This document shows, one piece after another, positions 7,944-16,662 of a stretch of DNA of 32,000 nt. Position numbers and translations under genes: made by a program. The notes under the pieces are model-generated. The model was not told the DNA's origin and did not search any database. It saw only the letters and a list, made by a program, of their open reading frames with translations. How positions within the stretch are numbered: position 1 is the first letter of the stretch; each line of letters opens with the position of its first letter. Where the stretch lies: positions 720,001 to 752,000 of the forward strand of contig NZ_CP179200.1 in NCBI RefSeq assembly GCF_051201565.1, read 5' to 3'. The DNA is from Pseudothioglobus sp. nBUS_23. GTDB taxonomy: Bacteria; Pseudomonadota; Gammaproteobacteria; PS1; Pseudothioglobaceae.

Positions 7944-10088
7944 TTGAGAATTAATTTTAAATTTTTATTGCTTTTAATTATTATCTCGCTGAGCTGGTTA
8001 GTTCATTCAGAACAACTTTTAAACCAAAATGTTAATATATCTTCCGGCTCTAGTGTTTCAAATGCTTCTGGTCTGACAATTCAAGAGCTTACGGGTGGTC
8101 CCTACACTTTAGAGAATGCGGGCACAATTGAATCATCTAATATCACCTCTAATAGTAATCCCACAATTAGGTTAGAGGCTGGAACATCAGTAAATAACTC
8201 GGGATTAATTGATACTGATGGCAATGCAAATTTAAATGGTGTTTTATTCATTGATAACTCAGGAAGTAATTCTGTTATAAATAGTGGCACTATTCAAACA
8301 GAAACAAGCGGTAATTATGGTCAGGCTATTAACGTCCAAGATGCCGCCTTAACTAAAATTACCAACTCTTCTGGCGGAACCATTAAGGTTACTGACTCAG
8401 CATACAATTCTGGTGCAATTAGAGTCAATACTGGTGGAACAGTTAACACAATAACCAATGATGGAACAATATCAGCTACTGGTTCAGTGCACACCCGAGG
8501 AATAATATCTATTAATACTGCAACTATTGATCGAATTATAAATACTGGAACAATTATTGCACAAGGAGGGAGTAGTTCAAACCGTGGCATTGTCTTTTGG
8601 AATGATAGTGCTACATCAGTGACTAACTCTGGAACAATTCAAGGCACTGGATCCTCTGAAGGTTATGGCATTAGAGTAGGAGATAATGGAAGCATTTCAT
8701 CAGTTACAAACTCAGGAGCAATTACTGGAGGCTTGCACGGATTTGCTAATGGAGGCAGCATAACCAACATAGTCAATACTGGAACGATTAAGGGAACTTC
8801 AGGTTATGATATTTATAATACAGGAAGCATTACGAATCTAACTAATTCACAAAATAATCTTACGTTTTATTCTAAAGTTCCTACCAATTATTATATAAAA
8901 GTTAATAGCTCTTCTAGTTTTGGGAAAATAACTATTAGTAATCCTTCTGGAGCGATGAATGTAAGTATTGCTGATGATTCAACAGTTGGAGAAGGTACTT
9001 ATGAAGCTGTTGTAAATGGAGTTAGTGCTGAAAACATATCAACAAGTTCTGGCAATCATATGAGTGATGGAATCCACTACAAATATAACCTTAAAAATTC
9101 ATCAAGTAGTCAATGGGACTTAGTGATCAATAATTTCACCGCACCAACGCAATGCTCTGTCAATTCAAGCTCTATAAACTGCAATAAAACGCAATGTGTT
9201 ACCTCATCCATAGAGAATGGTCTTAATGCACTGACAAACACTAACTTCGCGCATATGAATACTTATGACTGTGATACTTTTGGCACATCAGGCCAGTGTT
9301 TTTCAATTGGTGGAAGGAGTATATCGGTCAATAATCCTGAGTCAGATATCAATGGGGTTGTTCTGGTTTATGGAAAAAAGCAATCAGATCACTTTAGGTG
9401 GGGTGGATTTTTGCATTCAAATATTTCATTTAAAACATCTTCAAATCTATCTTTATCAGAAAAAACTCCTATGATTGGTCTATACGGAGTTTGGAATGAA
9501 AATACTAATAAAACTGGGCTACAAGCTAAAATTGGTAATTCCTATCAGTCTACTAGTGCAAAAATTACAAGGCCACAAAGTGGAATCTCTGAAGAGGCTA
9601 GTGGTGTCACAACTATTACTGCAAATGAACTAGTTCTAGAGCTGAAAAACAATATCCCGGTATCAAGTTCATTAACTCTATCACCCTATGTTGCTAATCG
9701 ATACTCTCAAAAATTTCAAAAAGGATATAGTGAAACAGGAGTCAGCTCACCATTAACCTATAACAAGATTGTTGATAATTCTTTAACAGCAATTGCTGGA
9801 TTAAAATTTCATAATATAATTAATAATAAATTCAGTATCTATGGAACACTTGGGTTAGAGTATGACTTATCTCACAATGTTTCAGCACTTTCACCAACAG
9901 GAGTTACAGGAATTACTACTGTTGATTTAGAAAAAAATCATCAATCTACCAGACCTATAGTTGCTCTAGGATATGATCATAAAGTTACTGATAATCAAAT
10001 ATTAAGGGTAAAGGCGCAGTATGAAGAGTTGCCCTATCAGGGTATGACCGAGACGAATATTTATGCTAGCTATAATTTTAAATTTTGA
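7944..10088 (+). CDS. Type Va autotransporter (repetitive beta-helix passenger plus C-terminal outer-membrane beta-barrel)
   Basis: 714 aa with signal peptide (M)RINFKFLLLLIIISLSWLVHSEQ. About ten degenerate repeats of 20-30 aa carry an N-[ST]-G-[TA]-I core (VINSGTIQTE, ITNDGTISAT, IINTGTIIAQ, VTNSGTIQGT, VTNSGAITGG, IVNTGTIKGT...). A Y.YNL...WDLVI motif marks the junction to the barrel, and the last roughly 280 aa show alternating beta-strand patterning ending in YASYNFKF (terminal Phe). The start is TTG, the first possible start after an in-frame TGA at 7938, and there is no obvious SD. Confidence 0.85.
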   Translation: MRINFKFLLLLIIISLSWLVHSEQLLNQNVNISSGSSVSNASGLTIQELTGGPYTLENAGTIESSNITSNSNPTIRLEAGTSVNNSGLIDTDGNANLNGVLFIDNSGSNSVINSGTIQTETSGNYGQAINVQDAALTKITNSSGGTIKVTDSAYNSGAIRVNTGGTVNTITNDGTISATGSVHTRGIISINTATIDRIINTGTIIAQGGSSSNRGIVFWNDSATSVTNSGTIQGTGSSEGYGIRVGDNGSISSVTNSGAITGGLHGFANGGSITNIVNTGTIKGTSGYDIYNTGSITNLTNSQNNLTFYSKVPTNYYIKVNSSSSFGKITISNPSGAMNVSIADDSTVGEGTYEAVVNGVSAENISTSSGNHMSDGIHYKYNLKNSSSSQWDLVINNFTAPTQCSVNSSSINCNKTQCVTSSIENGLNALTNTNFAHMNTYDCDTFGTSGQCFSIGGRSISVNNPESDINGVVLVYGKKQSDHFRWGGFLHSNISFKTSSNLSLSEKTPMIGLYGVWNENTNKTGLQAKIGNSYQSTSAKITRPQSGISEEASGVTTITANELVLELKNNIPVSSSLTLSPYVANRYSQKFQKGYSETGVSSPLTYNKIVDNSLTAIAGLKFHNIINNKFSIYGTLGLEYDLSHNVSALSPTGVTGITTVDLEKNHQSTRPIVALGYDHKVTDNQILRVKAQYEELPYQGMTETNIYASYNFKF

Positions 10089-10168
10089 ATTAGCTAAAGC
10101 CCAAATACTCTCTGAAATGAGAGTGAGTAAATATTAATATTTAGACAGTCTATTAAAGACAACAATCA

Positions 10169-11257
10169 TTAACTATAAGGCTTAAAAAAATATATTTTTC
10201 CATGAATCAAATTATTTCCCTCTTTTCTTATAACTGTATCTTTTGATTTGATCAAAATAAATTTTCCAGAAGCTTGATTCATAATGTAGCTATCAGAGTG
10301 AGAATATCTTGAGCTTGATAGCAGCGAGTAACCACTTTCTTCTTGTATTTCAGTTGAAAAAACAAAGATTGATTCAGGATTAGAGTATTTATGGACGGTT
10401 TTAAATATGGACTCAACATCTCCAACATAGATTAAAACATCTAGAGCAACAAACAAATCAAAATTTTCTTGGACTGCATTCAGTGCCTCAACAATATCTC
10501 CAGTATACAAATTATCATAAACATCAAGCTCATCTGCCTTTGAAATCATATTTTCAGAAATATCAATGCCGCTAAGGTGTTCACTAATCTCACTTAATCC
10601 GCTTCCAGACAGACCAGTTCCACAGCCTAGATCAATCGTTTTTGCGAATTTAGATTTTGAAGATATATTTCGAATAAGATCTTTAATTATGAAGGGGAGT
10701 TTGTATTGCAAGCCTTGAACTAATGAATCATTGAATCTCTCAGCGTAATCATCAAAAAGATTTTTAACATACTCTTTAGGCGGTGATTTACTTGTATGTC
10801 CTTTTAGTGAGTTAATCATGTGCTGAGGAATGGCGTAATCTGGTTTTAATTCAAGTGCTTTCTCATAACTCTGAATTGACATTTTTAATTCCCTTAGACT
10901 CAAATAACAGCCACCCATCATGTTGAATAAAAGTGCATCATCTGGGTTTGATTTAATCCATTTTTGGAGAGTTTCTAGGGCATTATTAATTTCACCTTTT
11001 GAGAAGAAATAAATGACTAGAAGTGTTTTGTTAGGATGCACTTTTGAGTAATCAGGATCTAACGCTACAACTTTTTTATAGTGTCTGACTGCTTTGTCAA
11101 GTTCCCCCATCTGATGATATAAGTTACCAAGATTGTAGTAGGCCTCTACGAAGCCTGGCTGAATTGAAATCGCCTCTTCATAAGAACTAATAGCCTTATT
11201 AAATTCACTCAATTTGGCAAACTGATTGGCCTCTTCAACAAGAATTAAATGCTTCAT
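10169..11257 (-). CDS. TPR repeat / class I SAM-dependent methyltransferase fusion protein
   Basis: 362 aa. The N-terminal ~160 aa are TPR units (EAYYNLGNLYHQMGELDKAVRHYKKVVALDP...). The C-terminal half has SAM-binding motif I (IDLGCGTGLSG) and post-I/II motifs (GIDISENM, FDLFVALDVLIY). Confidence 0.8.
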   Translation of the reverse strand: MKHLILVEEANQFAKLSEFNKAISSYEEAISIQPGFVEAYYNLGNLYHQMGELDKAVRHYKKVVALDPDYSKVHPNKTLLVIYFFSKGEINNALETLQKWIKSNPDDALLFNMMGGCYLSLRELKMSIQSYEKALELKPDYAIPQHMINSLKGHTSKSPPKEYVKNLFDDYAERFNDSLVQGLQYKLPFIIKDLIRNISSKSKFAKTIDLGCGTGLSGSGLSEISEHLSGIDISENMISKADELDVYDNLYTGDIVEALNAVQENFDLFVALDVLIYVGDVESIFKTVHKYSNPESIFVFSTEIQEESGYSLLSSSRYSHSDSYIMNQASGKFILIKSKDTVIRKEGNNLIHGKIYFFKPYS

Positions 11258-11356
11258 TAAATATAAATTTCTATTTTTAAGAGATATTTTTTTAAAAAAT
11301 CATTTTGAACTATTTTTAGACTCATTAATATCTTATTTCTATAATAAAATTTAATC

Positions 11357-11797
11357 ATGAATAAATTACTAGATGAGTTTGCTTTTCAATTAGAAATGGA
11401 TGTTGATTGGGGTGATATGGATGCTCTTCAACACGTAAATAATGTCGAATATTTCAAATACTTTCAGAAGGCTCGCATTGCTTATTTTGAAAAAAATAAT
11501 TCAGACAACCTGTTTACTGAGTCCAGGATTTCAACTATATTGGCATCTACACAGTGCAAATTCATTTATCCACTTAAATACCCAGATACTATAGTCATTG
11601 GTGCAAGAGTTGACTCAATAGCTAATGAATATTTCACCATGAAGTATGCTGTGATTAGTAATAATAATCAAAGGCTTGTAGCTATTGGCGATGCTAAAGT
11701 TGTAATGTTTGATTACGAAAAAAATAAAAAAACATCCATTCCTGAAGTGATTAAAGATAGGATTATTGAGCTCGAAAAAACAGAGATTAAGTTTTAA
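11357..11797 (+). CDS. Acyl-CoA thioesterase, hotdog fold (4HBT/YbgC-like)
   Basis: 146 aa. The N-terminal VDWGDMDALQHVNNVEYFKYFQKARIAYF matches the catalytic-Asp/GHVxN region of the YbgC/4HBT family, and the size is typical. Confidence 0.8.
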   Translation: MNKLLDEFAFQLEMDVDWGDMDALQHVNNVEYFKYFQKARIAYFEKNNSDNLFTESRISTILASTQCKFIYPLKYPDTIVIGARVDSIANEYFTMKYAVISNNNQRLVAIGDAKVVMFDYEKNKKTSIPEVIKDRIIELEKTEIKF

Positions 11798-11831
11798 GTT
11801 TGAACACTGATTCTAATATTAAGAGAAGGGT

Positions 11832-11884
11832 GGTAGTAGTTAATCAAAGAAAAGGAGAACTTTGATGTGAGAGAAACTACTATC
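11832..11884 (+). other. Two-tier RNA hairpin enclosing an SD-ATG-TGA start-stop minicistron
   Basis: The outer stem GGTAGTAGTT (11832-11841) pairs with AACTACTATC (11875-11884): 10 bp with one G-U. The inner stem ATCAAAG (11843-11849) pairs with CTTTGAT (11860-11866): 7 bp. The 10-nt loop is AAAAGGAGAA. ATG (11865-11867) is immediately followed by TGA (11868-11870). The element lies 35 nt downstream of the thioesterase stop and has no strong U-tract after it. Confidence 0.4.
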
Positions 11885-12102
11885 ATTTATGGCTAATCTC
11901 ACAATAGCCTTAGGAGATCGAATTAAGTACAATTATATTAATTGTCCAGATTTTGTTCATGTTGAATTGATGAATTTATGATGGAGTTTTCAATAGTAAT
12001 TTGCTGAAAAACTTAGCTCTATTCTTAAAAAAAGTATAAACTTCTGTATATCCTCATTTAAATATGGTGGATTTATAATTTTTTATTATTAAGGAGAGAT
12101 AT

Positions 12103-13728
12103 ATGAACTATTTGCCAAAATCTTTGGCTACGGGTTTCTTATTAGCGATTTTTGCATCCTCATCAGTGATGGCTGCAACTCACCCAGTAACAGGAGAAAC
12201 TCTTGCTGATGATCAAACATTCACATACAGTTTGCTCGATGAATTCACGTCAGTCGACCCCCAAATTGTAGAAGATGTAGAGGGCGCTAACATCGTTCGT
12301 GACCTATTTGAAGGTCTCATGAATCAAGACGCTGATGGTAATCTTGTGCCGGGTGTAGCTACTGGTTATACAACTAACGATGCTAAGGATGTATATACAT
12401 TTACACTGCGTGACAACGCAATGTGGTCAGACGGTAACCCTGTAACTGCTCATGATTTTGTTTATGCTTGGCAGCGTCTCGCTGATCCTGCAACAGCCTC
12501 ACCATACTCATGGTTCGCTGAAATTATGTCACTTGAAAATGTAGGCGCTGTAATGTCTGGTGATTTACCAACAAGCGCTTTAGGGGTTACAGCATTAGAT
12601 AATCACACTTTAGAGGTGCGCTTAACTGATTCATTGCCTTATTTTGCTGCAATGACAACTCATTCATCAACATTCCCAGCTCCAGAGTGGAGAGTGAGAA
12701 CGTTTGGAAATGATTGGACTAAGCCTGGAAATATTGTATCTAATGGTGCTTATGTTTTAACTGAGCACATTCCTAATGAGCGTTCAGTTCGTGAGCGTAA
12801 CTCAATGTATTGGAATGATGAGGCTACTATTTTAGAAAAGGTTGTTGCTCTAGTAATCAATGATGAGAATGTAGACTTCACTCGTTATTTGGCTAATGAA
12901 CTTGACAAAGGTACGGTTCCTTCAGGTCAATTTATTCGCTTGAAGCAGGACTACCCTGATGAAGCGACTTCATTCCCAAGACTTTGTAACTATTACATGA
13001 CATTTAACTTGTCAGATAGTGGTCCTGAAATCTTTAAAGATGTTAGGGTTCGTCAAGCACTTGCATACGCGCTTGATCGTTCTGTGATTACTGAAAAGAT
13101 TCTTCAGGCAGGTCAAATTAATGCATTCACCTTTACGCCTGGTGCAACTGCTGGTTTTGAAGTTCCTCCGGTAGCTTTTGGTCAGATGTCACAAGCAGAC
13201 CGTGAAGCGAAAGCTCAAGAGCTTTTAGCTGACGCAGGTTATGGTCCAGGAAACCCGCTGAGCTTTGAGTATATTTACAATACTTCAGAAGGACACAAGA
13301 AGATTGCAATTGCTGCGCAGCAAATGTGGAAAGAGGTACTTGGTGCTGAAGTTACACTAGCTAATCAGGAGTGGAAAACATTCCTGAAGACACGTGGCTC
13401 TCAAGACTTTGAGCTAGCTCGTGGTGCTTGGTGTGGCGACTATAATGAAGCTTCTACATTCCTTGATCTACTAACAACACCATCTGGTTATAACGATGGT
13501 AAATTTAGCAATGCTGAGGTAGATTCATTAATGTTAGATGCAAGAACTTTGGATGATGCATCGGCTAACTACACACGCGTTGAGGAAATCTTGGCAAATG
13601 AAATGCCAGTCATTCCGGTATACCACTACGCAGGTGTGTTCATGCTTAAGACTAATCTTAAAGGTTGGCCATATAACAACGTAGAACAAAATTGGTATTC
13701 TCGTAATTTATATAAAGTTGCGAAGTAA
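12103..13728 (+). CDS. oppA: Peptide ABC transporter substrate-binding protein (family 5, OppA-like)
   Basis: 541 aa with signal peptide ...SSSVMA/ATHP. Family-5 SBP blocks are present (VRDLFEGLMNQDADGNLVPGVA, WSDGNPVTAHDFVYAWQR, NGAYVL). A strong RBS AAGGAG lies upstream, and oppBCDF follow. Confidence 0.9.
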   Translation: MNYLPKSLATGFLLAIFASSSVMAATHPVTGETLADDQTFTYSLLDEFTSVDPQIVEDVEGANIVRDLFEGLMNQDADGNLVPGVATGYTTNDAKDVYTFTLRDNAMWSDGNPVTAHDFVYAWQRLADPATASPYSWFAEIMSLENVGAVMSGDLPTSALGVTALDNHTLEVRLTDSLPYFAAMTTHSSTFPAPEWRVRTFGNDWTKPGNIVSNGAYVLTEHIPNERSVRERNSMYWNDEATILEKVVALVINDENVDFTRYLANELDKGTVPSGQFIRLKQDYPDEATSFPRLCNYYMTFNLSDSGPEIFKDVRVRQALAYALDRSVITEKILQAGQINAFTFTPGATAGFEVPPVAFGQMSQADREAKAQELLADAGYGPGNPLSFEYIYNTSEGHKKIAIAAQQMWKEVLGAEVTLANQEWKTFLKTRGSQDFELARGAWCGDYNEASTFLDLLTTPSGYNDGKFSNAEVDSLMLDARTLDDASANYTRVEEILANEMPVIPVYHYAGVFMLKTNLKGWPYNNVEQNWYSRNLYKVAK

Positions 13729-13747
13729 CATTTAGTTCTAAAAAAAT

Positions 13748-13782
13748 AAAGCACCATGCATCATTGTGTGGTGCTTTTTTTT
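13748..13782 (+). terminator. Rho-independent hairpin after oppA (intra-operon attenuator)
   Basis: AAAGCACCA (13748-13756) pairs with TGGTGCTTT (13769-13777), with a 12-nt loop, continuing into a T-run to 13782. It lies between oppA and oppB. Confidence 0.7.
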
Positions 13783-13832
13783 GTTTGTACGGTACAATAA
13801 TTCAATAAATTTCTTTCTGGTCAATTTCGGAT

Positions 13833-14756
13833 ATGATCAACTACATAATTAAGCGAATTGGAATTGCTATTCCGACACTCTTAATCCTTATAGCAGTGAG
13901 CTTCTACTTGATGCATGCTGCACCTGGAGGGCCATTCACCTCTGAGAGACCATTGCCAGCGCAAGTGCTTGCAAACATAGAGGCTAAATATGGCTTAGAT
14001 CAGCCAATATGGCGTCAAATGATTAACTATTTATGGGGCGTTATTACTGAGTTTGATTTTGGACCTTCTTATAAATATCACGACAGGACGGTCAATGAGA
14101 TTATAGGTCATGGCTTCCCAATTACCTTGAAGTACGGATTCTGGTCATTTATCGTTGCTGTTGGGGTAGGTATTCCACTCGGCGCTATTGCAGCTATCCG
14201 TAAAAATACTTGGATTGATTATCTTGCTGTTGGTGTATCTATTGGTGCTCAGGTGCTTCCAAACTTTGTCATGGCGCCTTTGCTGATTATTGTTTTCACT
14301 TTGTGGCTTGACTGGCTTCCAGGAGGGGGTTGGAATGGGGGAGCGTGGCAGTACCTTGTTATGCCAGTTATAGCTCTTTCTACCAGCTATATGGCCTCTA
14401 TTGCGCGTATCACAAGGTCTTCTATGCTTGAAGTTTTAAATACAAACTACATCAGGACAGCAAGATCCAAAGGCTTACCAACGAAGGTTATTTTCTTTAG
14501 ACACGTACTAAAGCCTTCACTTCTTCCAGTTATCTCTTACCTTGGACCAGCGTTTGTGGGGCTAATCACAGGTTCAGTCCTTATTGATATTTATTTCTCA
14601 ACAGGTGGTATGGGCTACTTCTTTGTAAACGCAGCATTTAACCGAGACTACTCAGTCATGATGGGAATTACAATTGTTGTCGGCAGCTTGACCATCCTAT
14701 TTAGCTTGATTGCCGATTTGTTGTATGCATGGATTGATCCAAAAATAAGGTATTAA
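13833..14756 (+). CDS. oppB: Peptide ABC transporter permease OppB
   Basis: 307 aa with a multi-TM profile. The N-terminus (MINYIIKRIGIAIPTLL) is typical of OppB/DppB, and the EAA-like loop YIRTARSKGL is present. Confidence 0.9.
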   Translation: MINYIIKRIGIAIPTLLILIAVSFYLMHAAPGGPFTSERPLPAQVLANIEAKYGLDQPIWRQMINYLWGVITEFDFGPSYKYHDRTVNEIIGHGFPITLKYGFWSFIVAVGVGIPLGAIAAIRKNTWIDYLAVGVSIGAQVLPNFVMAPLLIIVFTLWLDWLPGGGWNGGAWQYLVMPVIALSTSYMASIARITRSSMLEVLNTNYIRTARSKGLPTKVIFFRHVLKPSLLPVISYLGPAFVGLITGSVLIDIYFSTGGMGYFFVNAAFNRDYSVMMGITIVVGSLTILFSLIADLLYAWIDPKIRY

Positions 14757-14760
14757 TCAA

Positions 14761-15687
14761 ATGATAGTGGCGAATAAAGGCAAGATTAAAACGATGGCAG
14801 AAAACCTTTCTGAGTCTGGTGCAGGTCGCTCACTATGGAAGGATGCCCGCATGCGATTTATGCAAAACAAAGCGGCAACAATAAGCCTTTTTATTTTACT
14901 TTCTATCGTTTTATTCTCTTTCATTGGACCTTACTTTGCTGTATGGAGTTACGAACAAATTGATTGGAATGCTATGGGTTCAGCAGCCAGAGTCGGAATG
15001 CCTTCAATTGAAAGTGGTCACTTCTTTGGGACAGATGACTTGGGCCGAGATCTCTACTCAAGGGTGATACAGGGGACACAAATATCCCTTATGGTTGGAG
15101 TTTTAGGGGCCACTGTTGCAGTCATTGTTGGGACGCTTTATGGCGCTACCTCTGGTTATCTAGGCGGAAGAACAGACCAAATCATGATGAGAATCGTTGA
15201 CATACTAATGTCAATACCATACATGTTTGTTCTGATTCTTCTTCTTGTGGTTTTTGGAAGGTCAATTGGGATGCTATTTATCGGAATTGGGCTTCTGTCA
15301 TGGCTGGATATGAGTAGGATCGTTCGTGGCCAAACTTTAAACCTAAAGAACAAGGAGTTTATAGAGGCCGCTAGGGTAACTGGTGTCAGTGACTTCAAAA
15401 TTATTACAAGGCATATTGTTCCTAATTTATTAGGAATCGTCGCAGTTTATGCAACCTTACTGGTTCCAGGAATAATTTTAGCTGAAAGCTTTATTTCATT
15501 CCTTGGGCTTGGAGTTCAGGAGCCTTCAACAAGCTGGGGTGCTCTCATTAAAGAGGGTGCAGGAACCATTAGTTATGACACGGAGTGGCAACTTCTCTTT
15601 CCACTTGCTTTTTTTGTCGTCAGTCTTTTTTGTTTTTACTTTATCGGTGATGGCCTTCGTGATGCGCTTGATCCTAAGGAGAGGTAG
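14761..15687 (+). CDS. oppC: Peptide ABC transporter permease OppC
   Basis: 308 aa. GRSLWKDARMRFMQNKAA matches the E. coli OppC N-terminus as I remember it. It also has GTDDLGRDLYSRV, the EAA-like FIEAARVTG and multiple TM helices. Confidence 0.9.
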   Translation: MIVANKGKIKTMAENLSESGAGRSLWKDARMRFMQNKAATISLFILLSIVLFSFIGPYFAVWSYEQIDWNAMGSAARVGMPSIESGHFFGTDDLGRDLYSRVIQGTQISLMVGVLGATVAVIVGTLYGATSGYLGGRTDQIMMRIVDILMSIPYMFVLILLLVVFGRSIGMLFIGIGLLSWLDMSRIVRGQTLNLKNKEFIEAARVTGVSDFKIITRHIVPNLLGIVAVYATLLVPGIILAESFISFLGLGVQEPSTSWGALIKEGAGTISYDTEWQLLFPLAFFVVSLFCFYFIGDGLRDALDPKER

Positions 15688-15693
15688 TTCAAA

Positions 15694-16662
15694 ATGAGTC
15701 TGCTTGATGTTAAAAATCTAAAGGTTGAATTTGAAACCGCAGACGGCGTAGTGAGTGCAGTGAACAACGTTAACTTTTCTATTGATGAAGGAAAAATTTT
15801 AGCCATTGTTGGCGAGTCTGGAAGTGGAAAAAGTCAAACTGTATTTGGAATGACTGGACTCCTTGATCATAACGGTAAAGCTACTGGCAGTGTCATGTTT
15901 GAAGGTGAAGAGATTCTTAATCTCTCCAATCAAAAATTAAATCAAATCAGAGCGGAAAAAATAGCCATGATTTTTCAAGACCCTATGACAAGTCTTAATC
16001 CCTATGTCAGAGTCTCTGAGCAAATGACCGAAGTTTTAATTCATCACCAGGGCGTATCAAAATCTGATGCACTTAAACAATCTATCAGTATGCTTGATGC
16101 TGTTCGAATTCCTGATGCAGGCAACCGTATCAGAATGTATCCGCATGAATTTTCAGGAGGTATGCGACAGAGAGTAATGATTGCTATGTCACTACTTTGT
16201 CGACCTAAATTACTCATTGCTGATGAGCCAACAACCGCCCTTGATGTTACAGTTCAGGCGCAAATTATGAAGCTTTTGGCAGACCTACAGAAAGACTTTG
16301 GGATGTCAATAATTCTTATTACTCATGACCTTGGAGTGGTTGCAGGAAGTAGTGATGACATGCTAGTCATGTATGGCGGTGAAATCATGGAAATTGGTAA
16401 GACAGAGGATATATATTCCTCACCAACCCACCCATATACTCAGGGGTTAATGAGCGCGGTTCCAAGGCTTAATGATTCTGAGGAGAGGTTGATTACAATT
16501 CCGGGCAACCCTCCAAATATGATGAAGGCTCCAGAGGGCTGTCCTTTCGCTCCTAGATGTAATTACACACTAGACAAATGTAATAGTGACTCACCCGTTC
16601 TAGCAAAAGTGAGTGATAATCACTTCAGGGCATGTCACGTTGCTAAAGAAAAGATATCATGA
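15694..16662 (+). CDS. oppD: Peptide ABC transporter ATP-binding protein OppD
   Basis: 322 aa with Walker A GESGSGKS, signature FSGGMRQR and Walker B LLIADEPTTALD. The C-terminal oligopeptide-type extension carries HPYTQGL and a Cys cluster (CPFAPRC). Confidence 0.92.
   Translation: MSLLDVKNLKVEFETADGVVSAVNNVNFSIDEGKILAIVGESGSGKSQTVFGMTGLLDHNGKATGSVMFEGEEILNLSNQKLNQIRAEKIAMIFQDPMTSLNPYVRVSEQMTEVLIHHQGVSKSDALKQSISMLDAVRIPDAGNRIRMYPHEFSGGMRQRVMIAMSLLCRPKLLIADEPTTALDVTVQAQIMKLLADLQKDFGMSIILITHDLGVVAGSSDDMLVMYGGEIMEIGKTEDIYSSPTHPYTQGLMSAVPRLNDSEERLITIPGNPPNMMKAPEGCPFAPRCNYTLDKCNSDSPVLAKVSDNHFRACHVAKEKIS

Noticed and set aside
7944-9000. Passenger-domain repeats as DNA-level tandem repeats, or a phase-variation/slippage tract
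   Set aside because: The repeats are conserved only at the peptide-motif level (NSGTI-like). The nucleotide copies are divergent, and I saw no homopolymer or short-unit SSR in or upstream of the gene.
7750-12100. att-type direct repeat of the tRNA-Lys 3' end marking the far border of the islet
   Set aside because: Scanning by eye found only a trivial TCGAAT match (around 11917-11922). Nothing is long enough to call, and a computational search is needed before claiming a boundary.
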